In this document: positions 62,254-64,000 of the stretch, in pieces
How positions within the stretch are numbered: the first letter of the stretch is position 1
How the letters are laid out: every line of letters starts with the position of its first letter
Assembly: GCA_963782055.1 (NCBI GenBank)
Contig: CAWAIF010000003.1
Span: 2,048,001 to 2,112,000, forward strand
Direction of reading: 5' to 3'
DNA from: an uncultured delta proteobacterium
GTDB lineage: Bacteria; Myxococcota_A; Polyangia; Polyangiales; Polyangiaceae
Length of the DNA stretch: 64,000 nt
Notes under the pieces: generated by a model
The model's database searches: none
Seen by the model: only the letters and a program-made list of their open reading frames with translations
What the model was told of the DNA's origin: nothing
Made by a program: the position numbers and the translations under genes

Positions 62254-62760
62254 ATGGATGCCATCATGTTCGGGCTCAAGCGGGCCTATCAGTCGACGCT
62301 CACCCTCGGGCGCGCCATCTGTTCCAAGTTTGCGCAGGGGCTCACGCCGGCGCGGCTGGACATGATGTACGCGATTCACGACAACGCGATGAACTACGTG
62401 ACGCAGATGAAGCTGCGCCGGCTGCTCGGGGTGTCGCGGCCGACGGTCAGTCGCATGTTGAAATCGCTCGAGGAGCTGGGCTGGGTGGAGCGCAGCCCGG
62501 GGCCGCACCTGGACAGGCGGACCCGCAAGGTGCGGCTCACCGAGCGGGGCGTCGCGCTGCTCAAGCGCGTGCTCGCCGCCGTCCTCGCCACCGACATGGT
62601 GAAGTTCATCGTCGACACCTCGCTCTCGATGGGGAGGTTCTGGGACGCCGGCCGCTGTCTGGTGGAGCGCGACCGCACCGAGGGCATCCTGCGGCGCATA
62701 CGGCACGACTTCGGCGACACCGCGAGCATCGAGTACCCGTGGGACCACCCCGACGACTGA
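62254..62760 (+). CDS. MarR-family winged-helix transcriptional regulator (paralog 2)
   Basis: GLTPARLDMM, LGVSRPTVSRMLKSLEELGWV, DRRTRKVRLTERG. Confidence 0.9.
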   Translation: MDAIMFGLKRAYQSTLTLGRAICSKFAQGLTPARLDMMYAIHDNAMNYVTQMKLRRLLGVSRPTVSRMLKSLEELGWVERSPGPHLDRRTRKVRLTERGVALLKRVLAAVLATDMVKFIVDTSLSMGRFWDAGRCLVERDRTEGILRRIRHDFGDTASIEYPWDHPDD

Positions 62761-62835
62761 CGCGCCGCGCGGCCGCGCGCCCTCGCGCGGCACCCGCCCC
62801 GTCTCGAAGGCGTGGGCGGCGAGGCGCCGAGCGCC

Positions 62836-64000
62836 TCACGCGATGACGTGGACGCGGATGGAGTTGGTGGTGCCCGTCACGCCGATGGGCGCGCCGAAGA
62901 CGATGACCACCCGCTCGCCGGGGGAGGCGAGGCCGGAGGCCATCAGAATCGCCCGTGCACCAGTCGACGAGGGCGTCGGAGTTGTGGATGGGGGGCATCT
63001 CCCGGGGGACCACACCCCAGAAGAGCGCCATCCGCCTGCGAGCCTTGGCGTTGGGCGAGAAGGCGATGATTGGCACGTGCGGCCTCGCCAGGCTCACCGT
63101 CATGGCGCTCTGGCCCGACTCGGTGAAGGCGACGATGTAGCGCGCCCCGATCTCCCGTGCGGTGTTGCAGGCGCCGCGGGCGATGGCCTCCGCCGTGCTG
63201 GTGGCGCGGCTGGCGTAGGGTGCGTGCTCGAAGAAGGGGCTCTTCTCCGCCTCCAGCGCGATGCGGCTCATCATCGACGCCGCGAGGGTGGGGTAGTCGC
63301 CGTTCGCCGTCTCCCCCGAGAGCATGATGCAGTCGGCGCCGGAGTAGACCGCGTTGGCCACGTCGCTCGCCTCCGCGCGCGTGGGCCGGGTGTTCTTCGT
63401 CATCGACTGCAGCATCTCGGTCGCGACGATGACCGGGCGCCGCACGCGGCGCGCCACGCCGAGCATCTGCCGCTGGATCACCGGCACGCGCTCCGGCGGG
63501 AACTCCACGCCCAGATCGCCGCGGGCGACCATCACGCCGTCGGAGGCGGCGATGACCGACTCCAGGTTCTCCACCGCATCGGGTGTCTCCACCTTGGCGA
63601 TGATGGGCGTCGGCGCGCCCCAGGCCTGGCAGATCTCCCGGACCAGGCGGATGTCCTCGGCGCGGCGCACGAAGGACAGGGCGATGTAATCCACTCCGAG
63701 GGAGAGACCGAAGAGCAGGTCCGCCTTGTCCTTCTCCGTCAGCGCGCCGCCCCGCATGGTGCGGCTGGGCAGGTGCACGCCGATGTGGTTGCGCATGCCG
63801 CCGCCCTGGTCCACGTGCACCTTCACCGTGTCGCCCTCGACGGCGGTGACGTCCAGGACGATGCGGCCATCGTCGAAGAGGATCTTGTCACCCACGCGCA
63901 CGTCCTGGGCCAGGCCCTCGTACTCGATGGGGATGACACGCTCGTCGGTGGAGTCGTGGCCCTCGACCAGCGTCGCGTCGGCCCCCGCGGGCAGCTCGAA
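62836..64000 (-). CDS. pyk: Pyruvate kinase (5' part outside the window; apparent 1-nt frameshift near 62947)
   Basis: FDDG, ALSFVR, IIAKVE, MVARGDLGVE, PTRAEASDVANA, MLSGETA. The native C-terminus (PGERVVIVFGAPIGVTGTTNSIRV*) lies in a shifted frame ending at 62836. Confidence 0.93.

Overview
High-GC, gene-dense chromosomal window. Its gene content (four Hanks-type Ser/Thr kinases, TPR-PEGA proteins, Cys-rich lipoproteins, MXAN_5187-family protein) points to a myxobacterium, probably Polyangiales; this is an inference. Housekeeping genes: rpmE, prfA, a tRNA-CAT (probably Ile2), yitJ-type methyltransferase/MTHFR, panC, tmk, trxB, lexA and a partial pyk with an apparent frameshift. The window also holds an 8-gene MoxR-DUF58-VWA-ABC operon (23284-37660), an AGPS-like flavoprotein pair and a catalytically degenerate GpsA paralog. 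No integrase, transposase, CRISPR array or rRNA was seen. The most unusual signal is a recurrent upstream DNA element (C-rich arm, inverted repeat with GCAAG at its centre, G-rich arm). It precedes two paralogous orphan MarR-like genes, where it also carries a TGTCC-N2-GGACA palindrome and a sigma54-type GG-N10-GC motif, and a weaker copy precedes a non-RD kinase. Second is a repeated kinase + TPR-PEGA (+ Cys-rich lipoprotein) module that looks like a trans-envelope signalling system. All family assignments come from motif recognition by eye; no database search was run.
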